Positions 1 through 10,051 of a stretch of 64,000 nucleotides of DNA are shown here, piece by piece. A program made the translations under genes and the position numbers. Within the stretch, counting starts at the first letter, position 1, and each line of letters begins with the position of its first letter. The stretch comes from Candidatus Micrarchaeota archaeon. Lineage in GTDB: Archaea > Micrarchaeota > Micrarchaeia > Anstonellales > Anstonellaceae. The notes beneath the pieces are model-generated. The model was given only the letters and a program-made list of their open reading frames with translations, did no database searches and was not told the DNA's origin. The stretch is from the NCBI GenBank assembly GCA_026414325.1, contig JAOAJF010000001.1:36090-100089 (forward strand), given 5' to 3'.

Positions 1-14
1 CTCAAAGAAGGTTT

Positions 15-1439
15 TTGCTCAGACCAGCAGAACCAGATGTAAAGGACCTAATGCCAAAAAGCCACGAAGGGATTTATCTTGGTAGGACCCAAATATTAAA
101 TGTTCCTGTTTTTTGGGATGCAGAAAATCTAACTAATCCTCACATTGCAGTAGTAGGAATGACCGGCTCTGGAAAATCTTTTTTTATCAAAACTTTTATT
201 ACAAGGGCATTTAAACAATGGGGAACCTCTTCATTAATCTTAGATTGGGCAGGGGAGTACACTCCTTGGGTAGAAAGGGCAGGGGGAGCCGTTTACTCTC
301 CAGGGCAGAATTGTTCTTTAAATGTTTTGGCAATAGATATAAAGACAAAAGGTTCTAAAAAAGAAGCAATTTTTTCAAAAATTCAGCGCCTGCTTTCTTC
401 CTTTACTCTTTTATGTAATCTAAGTACAAAACAACAAGCTCTATTAAAAAAAGTTTTAGAATTAAGCTACAAAAAGAAAAAGAACCCAACGATAGAAGAC
501 CTGTCTTTAATTATTGAAAAATTAAAAAAATCAAATCCAGACTCAGATTATGAGCTTCTTTTATTGCAGATGGAAAAATTCAAATTCAGAACAAAAAATT
601 TGCCTCAAATAAACCTAGACGCTTTAATAAAAAAAGGCTTGGTTTCAGTTGATTTATCCAAATTAGATAGTGAAGAGCACAGATCTTTAATAGCACTTTT
701 AATTTTACAATATGCAAAAGAACAAATGCGCCTAGAAGGACTTTCAAAAGATAAAAAAATAAAACTACTAATAGTGGCGGACGAAGCTTGGAAAATAGCC
801 CAGGATGATCGTTCTGATTTAGTTCAGATACTACGAGAGGGAAGAAAGTATTCTTTTGCTATTATCGTGGCCTCCCAAAATCCTTCTGATATCTCGCCAA
901 CTATTCTGTCCAATGTTGCAACTTTAGCTGTCTTTAGGCTAATGCATGCAGATTTTAGAGACTCGTTACTAAAATCTCTTAATTGCCCAAAAGAAGTTTC
1001 TATTCAAATAGAAAAATTTAAAGTAGGTCAAGCTCTTTTTAGACTAGCTTGGGCAATACCCTCAAACTATGATGGCCCTTTTATTATTTCTAGAATAGAA
1101 GGTGAGGTTTCAACAGATTTTATAATATTGGTGGTGAATGATATGGAAGTTCCAATAGAGCGTGAGACTCTCTCTGCTAAATTGTTCAATTTAGGTTGCT
1201 CAAACTCTCAGATCTCCCAAGTAATAAGTGCATTTGAAGAAAATGACAAAAGGCTAAACGTAGAATTTTTTTGTAGGATTTTACTCTCCTTTGGCTTAAG
1301 CCGTTCTGTAGTATTAAATCTTTTAAGAGATTTTGGTTTGAAAGACGAGCAACTTGTTAACATTTTCTCTCGACTAGAAGCAAGCGCATTAAATGTTCCT
1401 CCATCAAAATTAGCAAACCTGGTGATTAAAGATGAGTGA
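15..1439 (+). CDS. HerA/VirB4/FtsK-like P-loop ATPase (DUF87-like); 5' end may extend beyond window
   Basis: Walker A AVVGMTGSGKSF and Walker B-like LLIVADEAW; annotated start is TTG and no in-frame stop upstream to position 3; translationally coupled to the next ORF (ATGAGTGA overlap at 1432-1439). Confidence 0.5.
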   Translation: MLRPAEPDVKDLMPKSHEGIYLGRTQILNVPVFWDAENLTNPHIAVVGMTGSGKSFFIKTFITRAFKQWGTSSLILDWAGEYTPWVERAGGAVYSPGQNCSLNVLAIDIKTKGSKKEAIFSKIQRLLSSFTLLCNLSTKQQALLKKVLELSYKKKKNPTIEDLSLIIEKLKKSNPDSDYELLLLQMEKFKFRTKNLPQINLDALIKKGLVSVDLSKLDSEEHRSLIALLILQYAKEQMRLEGLSKDKKIKLLIVADEAWKIAQDDRSDLVQILREGRKYSFAIIVASQNPSDISPTILSNVATLAVFRLMHADFRDSLLKSLNCPKEVSIQIEKFKVGQALFRLAWAIPSNYDGPFIISRIEGEVSTDFIILVVNDMEVPIERETLSAKLFNLGCSNSQISQVISAFEENDKRLNVEFFCRILLSFGLSRSVVLNLLRDFGLKDEQLVNIFSRLEASALNVPPSKLANLVIKDE

Positions 1440-2133
1440 AACTAATCAAACAAAATTTTTATTTCCAATCTCATTTCAAAAAACACCTTCTCAATGGGCA
1501 AAAAGCTTGGCAAATTTAGGCTTTTCAAAAATTTCTCAAACAAACACTGACTTAACTTTGTATTATACTTTAGCAGAAGATGCACATGGTGCAGAATATG
1601 AATCAATTCGAATAAAAATAACAAAAAATTCCTTAGAGCTTGAAATATTAGGAGAGCCAAAAAACTTTGTTAAAAGAAAGTTAGAAGGCTTAAAACTCAG
1701 CCTTTTAGTTATCTCGATATTAAAAGAAGAGGAGCAATATTCTAAACTCTTTGCAGCTGTAGTTTCTTTAATAGAAGAGGCAACTGCTCTTATAGACTTT
1801 AAATCTATTTTAGTATTAGAAGAAAATAATAAATTAAAAGAAGAAAACAACAACTTAAATAAAAAATTGCAAATTGCTTTAGCAGAAAAAGAAAATCTAA
1901 CAAAACAACTTATGCAGCATAGCATTAAAATTTCTGAGCTAAATACAAGATTACAAAAATTGCTAGAAATCCCAGATGAAGTAATCCAGGATGAATTGCT
2001 CGAATGGCTCAAGGCCCATAATGGGGAAATAAATATATCCGAATTTTGCATTCGCTATTCTTGTAATCCTCAACGAGCTTTAGAAAATCTTGACAAATTA
2101 GCAAAAATGGGAAAAATTAGTAGGGTGCAATAA
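1432..2133 (+). CDS. coiled-coil protein with C-terminal winged-helix-like tail, function unknown
   Basis: K/E/L-rich heptad-like central region (NNKLKEENNNLNKKLQIALAEKENL); start overlaps upstream ATPase stop. Confidence 0.3.
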   Translation: MSETNQTKFLFPISFQKTPSQWAKSLANLGFSKISQTNTDLTLYYTLAEDAHGAEYESIRIKITKNSLELEILGEPKNFVKRKLEGLKLSLLVISILKEEEQYSKLFAAVVSLIEEATALIDFKSILVLEENNKLKEENNNLNKKLQIALAEKENLTKQLMQHSIKISELNTRLQKLLEIPDEVIQDELLEWLKAHNGEINISEFCIRYSCNPQRALENLDKLAKMGKISRVQ

Positions 2134-2316
2134 ATGAAAAAAAAGCTAAGAAGGGTAGTGGTGCATTCTGAAAAAAGAAAAGAAAAAGAGGAAAAAACCA
2201 TTTACAAATTTATTGTAAAAGACCCAACCTTAACTAAATACAAGTTTGTTGTTCACTCTCCATTTAGCATAGAGTCTTTAATAAAAAGAATAAATTATCT
2301 TATAAAAAAACAATAA
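2134..2316 (+). CDS. small basic hypothetical protein (60 aa)
   Basis: ORF abuts preceding gene stop and sits just upstream of pheT; K/R-rich; no recognisable motif. Confidence 0.2.
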   Translation: MKKKLRRVVVHSEKRKEKEEKTIYKFIVKDPTLTKYKFVVHSPFSIESLIKRINYLIKKQ

Positions 2317-2328
2317 AAGGTATTTTCA

Positions 2329-3912
2329 ATGGCAGCGATAAAGATTTTAGTACAAGAGCTAAAGGCTCTCTCTTCTTTAAACGAAAAAGAATTGGAAGAG
2401 ATTTTAAGTTCTATAGGAGTTCCTATAGAATCTAAAACAACTACTGAATGGGAGCTAGAAATTACTCCAAACAGACCAGATCTGCTTTCTGTAGAGGGAT
2501 TAGCAAGGGCTTGTTATTGCTTTAAGTATTCTAAATTAAAACCTTATAGAGCTATTCAATCAGATTTAAATTTATTTGTAGACAGCTCTACTAAAAATGT
2601 AAGGCCCTATATTGGTGGTGCTCTAATAAAAAACTTAAAATTAGACCAAAACTTTCTAAACTCTTTAATTCAACTTCAGGAAAAAATCCACCAAACTCTT
2701 GGTCGAAAAAGAAAAAAAGTAGCAATAGGTCTTCATGATATTTCAAAAGCCCAACCACCATTTTTTTATTATGCTACTAGTTCAGACATAAAATTTGTTC
2801 CTTTAGGTTTTGATAGAGAGCTTTCTTGTTCTCAAATACTAACAGAGCATCCAAAAGGCCAAGAATATGGCCATCTAATAAAAGGAAAGTATCCAATCTT
2901 AGAAGATAGTAAAAAAAATGTTTTATCTTTTCCACCTATAATTAATGGTGAATTTAGTAAAGTAAGTTTAGATACTCACACACTTTTTATAGACTGTACC
3001 GGAACTGATGAAAAAACAATTTTATTTGTTGTAAATATTCTTTGTGCTGTTTTTGCAGATAGAGGCGCACAGGTTTATCAAATAAAAATAAACAAAAAAC
3101 CCTATCCTTTATTTAAAGAATTAAAAACAAAATACAACTTTAATTTTTCAAATAAGATTTTAGGACTTAACCTCAGCCTAAAAAAACACAAATCCTTGCT
3201 TCTTAAAATGGGCCACAAATTACAAAAAAATTTTGTTCTTTCCCCTTCATTTAGAGCTGATATTTTAGATACAATCGATATTGTAGAAGATTTGGCGATA
3301 GCTTATGGTTATAATAACTTTAAACCAACATTGCCGGACTTTTTTTCTATTGGCCAAGAAGAAAAAAATTATGACTGGCTTGCTCAATTGCTTGTAGGGG
3401 CAGGATTTTTAGAGGTCTGTAGTTGGATATTAACTAATAAAAATGTTTTACATAAAGCAGAATGTAGCAAAGCTTATGTAGAGGTTTCCAATCCACTTAC
3501 AGAAGAATTTTCAACTTTAAGAAATTGGCTTTATCCAAACTTTTTAGAAATCTTTTCTATTTCAAAATCCTCAAAAATGCCTCAAAAAATTTTTGAAATT
3601 GGCCCAGTATTTATCCAAGAAGAGAACAAAATAATACAAAAAACAAATTGTTGCTTTGCAATTTGTTCTCCAAAAGCAAATCTTACTGAATTGATCTCTA
3701 CTCTAAAATCAATATTTAGTTTAGTAAATTTAGACTATAAATTAGAAAAGACTTCTAATGAAACTTTTATTGAAGGTAGAATTGGAAAAATTCTTATAAA
3801 TAAAAAACCAGTTGGGCTAATTGGTGAAATTCACCCAAAAATCTTGGAAAATTTTTCAATCGAGCAACCAGTAGTAGTATGCGAATTTTGCTTAGATGAG
3901 TTAAACCTTTAA
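2329..3912 (+). CDS. pheT: phenylalanine--tRNA ligase beta subunit, archaeal type
   Basis: 527 aa; N-terminal B3/4-like region with EITPNRPDLLSVEGLARA motif typical of archaeal/eukaryal PheRS beta. Confidence 0.85.
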   Translation: MAAIKILVQELKALSSLNEKELEEILSSIGVPIESKTTTEWELEITPNRPDLLSVEGLARACYCFKYSKLKPYRAIQSDLNLFVDSSTKNVRPYIGGALIKNLKLDQNFLNSLIQLQEKIHQTLGRKRKKVAIGLHDISKAQPPFFYYATSSDIKFVPLGFDRELSCSQILTEHPKGQEYGHLIKGKYPILEDSKKNVLSFPPIINGEFSKVSLDTHTLFIDCTGTDEKTILFVVNILCAVFADRGAQVYQIKINKKPYPLFKELKTKYNFNFSNKILGLNLSLKKHKSLLLKMGHKLQKNFVLSPSFRADILDTIDIVEDLAIAYGYNNFKPTLPDFFSIGQEEKNYDWLAQLLVGAGFLEVCSWILTNKNVLHKAECSKAYVEVSNPLTEEFSTLRNWLYPNFLEIFSISKSSKMPQKIFEIGPVFIQEENKIIQKTNCCFAICSPKANLTELISTLKSIFSLVNLDYKLEKTSNETFIEGRIGKILINKKPVGLIGEIHPKILENFSIEQPVVVCEFCLDELNL

Positions 3913-3956
3913 TTTAGTATTATTTTTAAAGCCTTCTTTATAATATATTTTTACAT

Positions 3957-4031
3957 GCTCCGATAGTCTAGCCCGGTCAAGGACGCCGGCCTTTCAAGCC
4001 GGTAACCCGGGTTCAAATCCCGGTCGGAGCG
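3957..4031 (+). tRNA. tRNA-Glu (anticodon UUC)
   Basis: GC-rich 75-nt island; acceptor stem GCTCCGA/TCGGAGC, anticodon stem CCGGC/GCCGG with loop CTTTCAA, T-loop GGTTCAAATCC; no encoded CCA. Confidence 0.85.
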
Positions 4032-4040
4032 TTTTATTTT

Positions 4041-4625
4041 CTATTTTTTAAAAAGCTCCTTTTTTATTTGCTCAAAAATAGTTTTTTTATCCTCTTGAGC
4101 GTCAAGTTTTACCCATTTTTTAGAATAAAAATTCATTTTATAGAGCAATTCATAATTTTGTTCTATTTTGTTTAATTTTTCTAAATCTTTTTCAAATCTA
4201 TCTGGAAGTTTATTTTTTAGTTTTCTTTGAATAGCAACTTGTGGATTTATACTAAGCCAAAAAACATAATCTGGTTTAATCATTTTTAAGGATTTTATAT
4301 ACTCTATTCTTTTTTCAATACTCTTTTCTACTGATTGATAAGCAATTGTAGAAAAAAAGTATCTGTCAGAAATTACCCAACCTTTATTCAAACATTCTAA
4401 AATTCTTGGCTGCTGGCTTTCTATATCTTTCAAATATTCAAAAAAAGCCTCATCTTCGTCCAATTCTATTTTTTGTGTTAAAAATTCTCTAATTTTTTTA
4501 GCCTTTTTTGTTGGATATTTAAAAACAAAAAATTTTTCCTTTTGTTTTTTTAATTCATTTTTTAGCAGCTGCAGCTGAGTGCCTTTGCCAGACCCATCTA
4601 TTCCTTCAAATACTACAAATACCAT
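4041..4625 (-). CDS. tmk: thymidylate kinase
   Basis: P-loop FEGIDGSGKGTQ near N-terminus; start refined to ATG at 4625 (MVFVVFEG), the longer ORF to 4670 is a probable extension. Confidence 0.85.
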   Translation of the reverse strand: MVFVVFEGIDGSGKGTQLQLLKNELKKQKEKFFVFKYPTKKAKKIREFLTQKIELDEDEAFFEYLKDIESQQPRILECLNKGWVISDRYFFSTIAYQSVEKSIEKRIEYIKSLKMIKPDYVFWLSINPQVAIQRKLKNKLPDRFEKDLEKLNKIEQNYELLYKMNFYSKKWVKLDAQEDKKTIFEQIKKELFKK

Positions 4626-4703
4626 ACTTTTTTTATTAGCAAGAGTCTTTATAAATAATTCTAAAAGCATAATCTTTTTTATCTAATTTTTTATTTTATT
4701 TAT

Positions 4704-5765
4704 ATGCTTAATTATGAACTTTTAGAACAAAAATTAACAAAGCTCTGTCTTAGTGCTATACAATTGGCAAAAGCTTATCCAAACTCTAAAACTTTCTATC
4801 TTCAGACACACATTGATAAAAGTCTGGTGGCTAAATTGGAAGAGCCTGAACAAACACCTATTGAAAAATTCATGGCATTAAAAAATTTATTAAACCAAAA
4901 GGCTTTAGAAATTTTTAAAAAAAATTCTGATTTGGTTTTAGATCAGCAGGACCCACAACTTCTTATTTCTTTAGACTTATCAAATGATAAACTAACGCTA
5001 AAACATTCTAATGTTTATATTTATTTTAATTATCTAAAAAAATCAAGAGAATATGCTCAACATATCTGGGCTTGCAGCTCTTGTAAGGGAAAAGGCTGTC
5101 AGAAATGTAATTTCAAAAAAGAAAAATACCCCTCAGTAGAATCTGTTTTAAGAGAAGTTTTTATAAAAGAATTTAAAGCCTCAGATGTTATTTTACATTC
5201 TTCTGGAAGAGAGGATGTGGATGTTTTAACATTAGGTAATGGAAGGCCAGCAGTGCTTGAAATAGTTTCTCCTTTGCTTGAGCCAGAAAAAATAGACTTA
5301 AATAAAATTTGTTTAAAAATAAAAGAAAATTATCCTATCGAGCTTTTAGAGCCAAGATTTGTAAAAAAGTTTTGGGTAGAAGCTATTTGTACTTCTCATT
5401 TTAACAAAGAATATCTTGCAGTAGTTTATTGCCAAAAAAGAGCTTTAGAACTTTCTGACTTTGAAAAATTAAAATCAAAACTTCCAATCTGCTTGCATCA
5501 AAGAACTCCTCTTAGAGTGTTAAAAAGGCGTTCAGATATTGTAAGAAAAAGATATATTCTGGATTTAACTTTAGAAAAAATTTTAGATGGTAAGTTAGTA
5601 ATTAGAATCTATGCTGAGGCTGGAACTTACATAAAAGAATTTGTGAGTGGGGATGAAGGGCGAACCAAACCATCTATTAGCTCTATTTTAGAACTTCCTT
5701 GTATCTGCCAAGAGCTTACACTAATTAAAGTCGATGATTTTTTTGTAAAAACTCTAAAATTATAA
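4704..5765 (+). CDS. pus10: tRNA pseudouridine synthase Pus10-like
   Basis: zinc-ribbon CSSCKGKGCQKC plus catalytic-region motif SSGREDVDVLTLGNGRPAVLE, resembling the Pus10 GREDVDVRMLGxGRPF signature. Confidence 0.65.
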   Translation: MLNYELLEQKLTKLCLSAIQLAKAYPNSKTFYLQTHIDKSLVAKLEEPEQTPIEKFMALKNLLNQKALEIFKKNSDLVLDQQDPQLLISLDLSNDKLTLKHSNVYIYFNYLKKSREYAQHIWACSSCKGKGCQKCNFKKEKYPSVESVLREVFIKEFKASDVILHSSGREDVDVLTLGNGRPAVLEIVSPLLEPEKIDLNKICLKIKENYPIELLEPRFVKKFWVEAICTSHFNKEYLAVVYCQKRALELSDFEKLKSKLPICLHQRTPLRVLKRRSDIVRKRYILDLTLEKILDGKLVIRIYAEAGTYIKEFVSGDEGRTKPSISSILELPCICQELTLIKVDDFFVKTLKL

Positions 5766-6647
5766 AATATTGCTCAAAAGAGTTAGTAGGTCTCCAAACA
5801 AAATTCCAAATATTAGTCCAAGTAAAATATGTGGCACAAACGGGGGGAGATTTTTATAAAGAGCAATCTTTTTTCCTTTAATTGCTTTCATTTTTTGGTA
5901 TTGCTCCTTTGTTACTAGTCTTTTTAGATCATATTTTTTTACAAGTTCTTGATCCATTTTTTCTACAGCAATCATATCCTCTGGTTCTACATTTTTAACA
6001 TCAACAAATTCTATCATTGCATCGTGTATCACATTCTTAAATAGAGTATAATAAGCTATAAAAATAACCATTAAACTTATTGCAATAATGTAGGCTGGTC
6101 CAACTAAAGCCAAAATCTCTATTCTGCTGCTAATAACATACAAAAAGACTAAATAGCTAAGTAATACCAAAAACGCACTCAAGGCGTTCTTTCTTTCAAT
6201 TTTATTAATATTTTTTATAACTGCTGTTAAGGTATACAAAAAAACATAGAGAATAAAACTAATTGAAGCAAAAACAAATACATTAAAAATAAATGGTAAT
6301 ATGAAAAATCCACTAACAATCAAAAACATTTTTGGCTGATAAGGCAAAACCATAGTGATTGAGCTAAGAATGTAGCCATCTGCCCCACCAATCTGGCCTG
6401 CTCTATACAAAAAATAAAAAATTATAAAAACTAAAACACCAAAAATAGTAGCTGAAAAAAAATTTTGTAAATCAAGTAAATTTACTAAAAACGAAATAGC
6501 CAAAAATCCATACAAAATATTAGTTGGTATGTTTTTTTTATTAAAAATATCATAATAAGCTGCTATTGTAGTTCCAACCAAAGCAATTATTATTCTTAAT
6601 AATTCAAACTGCATCTCTTGCCCAGTAAAAAAACCAAAAAGTTCCAT
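5760..6647 (-). CDS. polytopic membrane protein, possibly prepilin/preflagellin peptidase-like (A24 family)
   Basis: multiple TM helices; Asp in first helix (YYDIFN) and GGADGYIL resembling the A24 GGGD-type second catalytic motif; weak. Confidence 0.3.
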   Translation of the reverse strand: MELFGFFTGQEMQFELLRIIIALVGTTIAAYYDIFNKKNIPTNILYGFLAISFLVNLLDLQNFFSATIFGVLVFIIFYFLYRAGQIGGADGYILSSITMVLPYQPKMFLIVSGFFILPFIFNVFVFASISFILYVFLYTLTAVIKNINKIERKNALSAFLVLLSYLVFLYVISSRIEILALVGPAYIIAISLMVIFIAYYTLFKNVIHDAMIEFVDVKNVEPEDMIAVEKMDQELVKKYDLKRLVTKEQYQKMKAIKGKKIALYKNLPPFVPHILLGLIFGILFGDLLTLLSNIL

Positions 6648-6715
6648 ATTTTGTTTTTTTCTTTACTTTTTAAAAATTTATCTTTATTTCTATCTTAATT
6701 TTATTTCTTGCCTTT

Positions 6716-9253
6716 TTAGTCAAACTGAAAAAGCCCTTTTTGGTTTCCACCAAGTTTTAAATCATCAGCATTTATTCCCAATTCTTTTAATATTCTTAAA
6801 ACTGCAGGAATAACCTGGTGGTTAATATAATATTCTGAGTCATAGTTTTTTGCATATTCTACTGTTTCTGCTTTTAGAGAAATGTTTGTTAAAGAGCTTT
6901 TTTTAGTTTGAGCTTGTTTTAGCCTTTTGCAATTTTTAAATAAATCCTCTGGAGCATTCAAATCTTTTGTAATCACAAATCTAATTATCGAGCCTCTTGT
7001 AAGTTTTTCTCCCTTTGTTTTTCTATTGAATTTTAGTGCAGCAACAAGCTCAGGAGACTTTGCTTCATAATCTTCTAAATTTTTTGTTAATTGTGTTTCT
7101 ATAATCATTTTTTCAATAGGAACTTTGTTTTCTCTTATTTGTTTAATTGTTTCTTTTACAACATCAATAGCCTTTTGTTGAGAACCTTCCTTTAGTATCG
7201 CCTCTAGAACTTTTTTTTGCGTCTCTTTTGCAATGATTGCCCAATCTCTTCTCACAAGTTCAAAGCCCCTGATCTTAATTCCACCATTCTCGTCTAATAG
7301 TGCATATTTTTTCTTTGCCCCAGTATACTCTTCCTTTTTTTCAATTTTTTTGGATACAAAAACACCTCGAGGATAATATGCTTCCAGCTCCAGCTCCATA
7401 GTGCCTGGCAAAGAAGAATTATATTTTTCCATCCAATTTAAAGCATCTTGCTTTGTTTTATTATTTAATAACAAAAACACAGAATCTGTATCCGCATATA
7501 AAACTTCAAAACCATTTTTTTGAGCATCCTCTATAGTTTTATTTATAAAATATCTTCCCCATGCAGTTATAGATTGAGCACAAGCCCTCGAATAGTACCT
7601 GCTTCTAGCAAAAGCCAAATATCCATAATAAGAATTTGCCAATATTTTTAATGACTGCTGTCTTGCCCATATCGTTTTATATTCTGTACTAGCCGGCTGA
7701 AGTTTTTTTAGCATATTCTTAAGCTCAGAGCGAGCATTAAGAATTTTTTCTAAAATGTAGGGTATTATTCCTTTTGGCTCTTTTAAAAATTTTACTCCAA
7801 TTGGGCTAACATAGTACTCTCCTTCTTTATATTTATGCTCCTCTTCTTTTGCTATTATAGTAAATGGGTCAATATTGTGTGAAATAATAATCGAGGGATA
7901 TAATCCTCTAAAATCAAACACCATTATTTTTTCATAAATTCCTGGATTTGGGGTTTTTACAAATGCTCCTTCAATTGGGTTTAATGCTCTCTCTCTAGCA
8001 GTCTGCTCATCTGGCTTATTTGGAACCACTTCGTTTCTTTTTGTAGCATGGTGCAATATCAAAGATTCTATAAGTTGAGAAGAAGTTGCTCCGATTGTAT
8101 CTGAAAGAGGCAAACATGTAACCTTAGACAATTCTACTTCTAAAGGTAATATTTTTTTTGTTATTTCCAAAGTAGCTCTTGCATCAAATAAAGAATATTC
8201 AAAAAGTTTGTCTAAGTTTTTTTCTTCATCCCAAATTTTATAAATTTCGAGGCGGTCTATCTCCTTTTTCCATTCACTTTCTTGTACTATACTTTGGTAG
8301 GCAGTTTCAAGAGTATAACGATTTAATTTATATGTACCAATAAAAGAAAAAAATCTTAAAACTGGATAGAGGTCAATATGAACTCTACCATTTATTAAAA
8401 TTTTCTGATATTGCCCTCTTTTATCTATTCTTATAGAAGTTCCATCTTTAGCAATATCTAGCTTGATATTGTGTTTTTTTGCTCTTTCTATTATATAGGG
8501 AATATCAAAATTTGCAGAATTAAACCCAACTAAAACTTCTGGGTCAAGTTCTTTTATTATTTTTACAAAATTCTCTATAATCTCTTTTTCATTTTCAAAA
8601 ACTTTAACATAAGGCAATGAGCTTTTTTTATAGCTAAGAACTTCCCCTTTTTCTATATTATTTTCTTCATCTAAAAAATAATACGAGATCATAAGGATTG
8701 GGTCCTTATCTGGTCTGGGCATACCCTGAGGATTATATGTTTCAATATCTAAAGCAATAATTCTTAGCTTTGTGTCTTTTTCTTCAAATCCTAAAATTTC
8801 TTTTATCCATCTGCCCTCTCTTTTGTATTTTATTTTGTAAAAAGGGCCAAGTCCTTTATCTATAAGATATCTTCTTCCAAACAAGATATCGTATTCGTAT
8901 TTTTCATAAGTTTTTATCAACTCTCTAAAAATCGGAACATCTGAAGGGTATTTAAAATAAACTTTTAGCAATTCTTTTTCTTTTCCTTTTACTATTTTTT
9001 TCACTTGTTCAATTTTTATAGGTTTTATTTCTCTACCTTTTTGTATTGTTTTTAGTGCAAGTATTTTTTGTGCTTCTGAATAAGGAGCATCTACATAAAA
9101 ATAAGGAAGATATTTATCATACAAATAAAATGTTTTTTTTGCTTTTAGTAAAAGCCTAACAATAGTTTCATCGTTTTTTATAATATAATCTGTATCAAGC
9201 AAAATAGCACTTTTAATTTTTATTTTTTTTTCACTATTTTTTTCCATAAGCAC
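6716..9253 (-). CDS. polB: DNA polymerase, family B
   Basis: exonuclease motif LDIETYNP, KILANSYYGYLA motif, polymerase motif VLYADTDSVFL; 845 aa. Confidence 0.9.
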   Translation of the reverse strand: MLMEKNSEKKIKIKSAILLDTDYIIKNDETIVRLLLKAKKTFYLYDKYLPYFYVDAPYSEAQKILALKTIQKGREIKPIKIEQVKKIVKGKEKELLKVYFKYPSDVPIFRELIKTYEKYEYDILFGRRYLIDKGLGPFYKIKYKREGRWIKEILGFEEKDTKLRIIALDIETYNPQGMPRPDKDPILMISYYFLDEENNIEKGEVLSYKKSSLPYVKVFENEKEIIENFVKIIKELDPEVLVGFNSANFDIPYIIERAKKHNIKLDIAKDGTSIRIDKRGQYQKILINGRVHIDLYPVLRFFSFIGTYKLNRYTLETAYQSIVQESEWKKEIDRLEIYKIWDEEKNLDKLFEYSLFDARATLEITKKILPLEVELSKVTCLPLSDTIGATSSQLIESLILHHATKRNEVVPNKPDEQTARERALNPIEGAFVKTPNPGIYEKIMVFDFRGLYPSIIISHNIDPFTIIAKEEEHKYKEGEYYVSPIGVKFLKEPKGIIPYILEKILNARSELKNMLKKLQPASTEYKTIWARQQSLKILANSYYGYLAFARSRYYSRACAQSITAWGRYFINKTIEDAQKNGFEVLYADTDSVFLLLNNKTKQDALNWMEKYNSSLPGTMELELEAYYPRGVFVSKKIEKKEEYTGAKKKYALLDENGGIKIRGFELVRRDWAIIAKETQKKVLEAILKEGSQQKAIDVVKETIKQIRENKVPIEKMIIETQLTKNLEDYEAKSPELVAALKFNRKTKGEKLTRGSIIRFVITKDLNAPEDLFKNCKRLKQAQTKKSSLTNISLKAETVEYAKNYDSEYYINHQVIPAVLRILKELGINADDLKLGGNQKGLFQFD

Positions 9254-9266
9254 TATCTATTAAAAA

Positions 9267-9836
9267 TTATTTTTGTTCTTTTTGGCTCATTTTTACAATG
9301 TCTTCTAAAGTAAGATATGCTTCTTCTTTTTGAGGCTGTGTTCTAAATTTTTCCTCCTTTTTTCCTTCTTTTTTTGCTTGCTTTTTCTGTACTTTGGCCT
9401 TTGATGAATAAGCAATTATCTTTTTATAAATCTCATCCAGCTCTCCAATTATATTTCCAAGCTTCTTTTTTATCTCGTTCTTTCTACTTATTTGTTCTTT
9501 AAGCTCTGCTTTCAATTTTTTTATAGCTTCCCATTCCTCTTTATTTTTCATATTCTCTTCTAGCTCTTTTTTTAGCTGCTCGATTTTTTTAATCGCTTCT
9601 TTTTCCTGTGCAGCAGTAAAAGCAGAAGTTGAAATATAAAATTCTAATTTTTCAATTTTCTTTGCTATTAAGTCTGGATCTGCTTTTTTATCAGAAGGAG
9701 TTTTTCTTTGCAATTCCTCTCGAAGTTTTTTTATTTGGAGGTTAACTTTTCTAAGCTCTTTTAAGATCTCTATTTTTTGCTTTGTTTTATTTTCCATTTC
9801 TTCTTTTAGTGCCTTTATATCTTCCATACTAATCAT
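9267..9836 (-). CDS. K/E-rich coiled-coil protein, unknown function
   Basis: 189 aa almost entirely charged heptad-like sequence; 14 nt downstream of polB on the same strand. Confidence 0.3.
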   Translation of the reverse strand: MISMEDIKALKEEMENKTKQKIEILKELRKVNLQIKKLREELQRKTPSDKKADPDLIAKKIEKLEFYISTSAFTAAQEKEAIKKIEQLKKELEENMKNKEEWEAIKKLKAELKEQISRKNEIKKKLGNIIGELDEIYKKIIAYSSKAKVQKKQAKKEGKKEEKFRTQPQKEEAYLTLEDIVKMSQKEQK

Positions 9837-9989
9837 CTAATTTGGATATTCTTGTTATGAACCAAAAAATTTATAAATAAAATTCAATTTCAGTTTTTTT
9901 TAATATATTTTTATGTAGAAATTTTTATAAAGGTAGCCTTCCTTATTTATATTGCCTATCCGTCTTTTGCCCACTTTTGTGGGGTCTGG

Positions 9990-10030
9990 TCGCCTTGCCG
10001 GTGTCGCTATTTCTTCTTGACGCCGGCATA
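9990..10030. other. GC-rich stable hairpin within an approximately 95-nt GC-rich intergenic island; candidate small structured RNA
   Basis: 9-bp stem GCCGGTGTC...GACGCCGGC (one G-U) with 13-nt loop, preceded by a second hairpin CCCACTTTTGTGGG; sharply GC-rich against the AT-rich background. Confidence 0.25.
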
Positions 10031-10051
10031 AAAAAAGCTCGAGTTTAAAAA

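Noticed and set aside
1442-2051. Minus-strand ORFs 1442-1660 and 1563-2051 (72 and 162 aa)
   Set aside because: Entirely antisense to the 1432-2133 coiled-coil gene; low-complexity S/F/L-rich translation typical of antisense reading of AT-rich coding DNA.
2134-2316. 60-aa basic ORF upstream of pheT considered as a ribosomal protein or PheS remnant
   Set aside because: No match to any ribosomal protein signature I can recall, and far too short and lacking class II synthetase motifs to be PheS; kept only as a low-confidence hypothetical.
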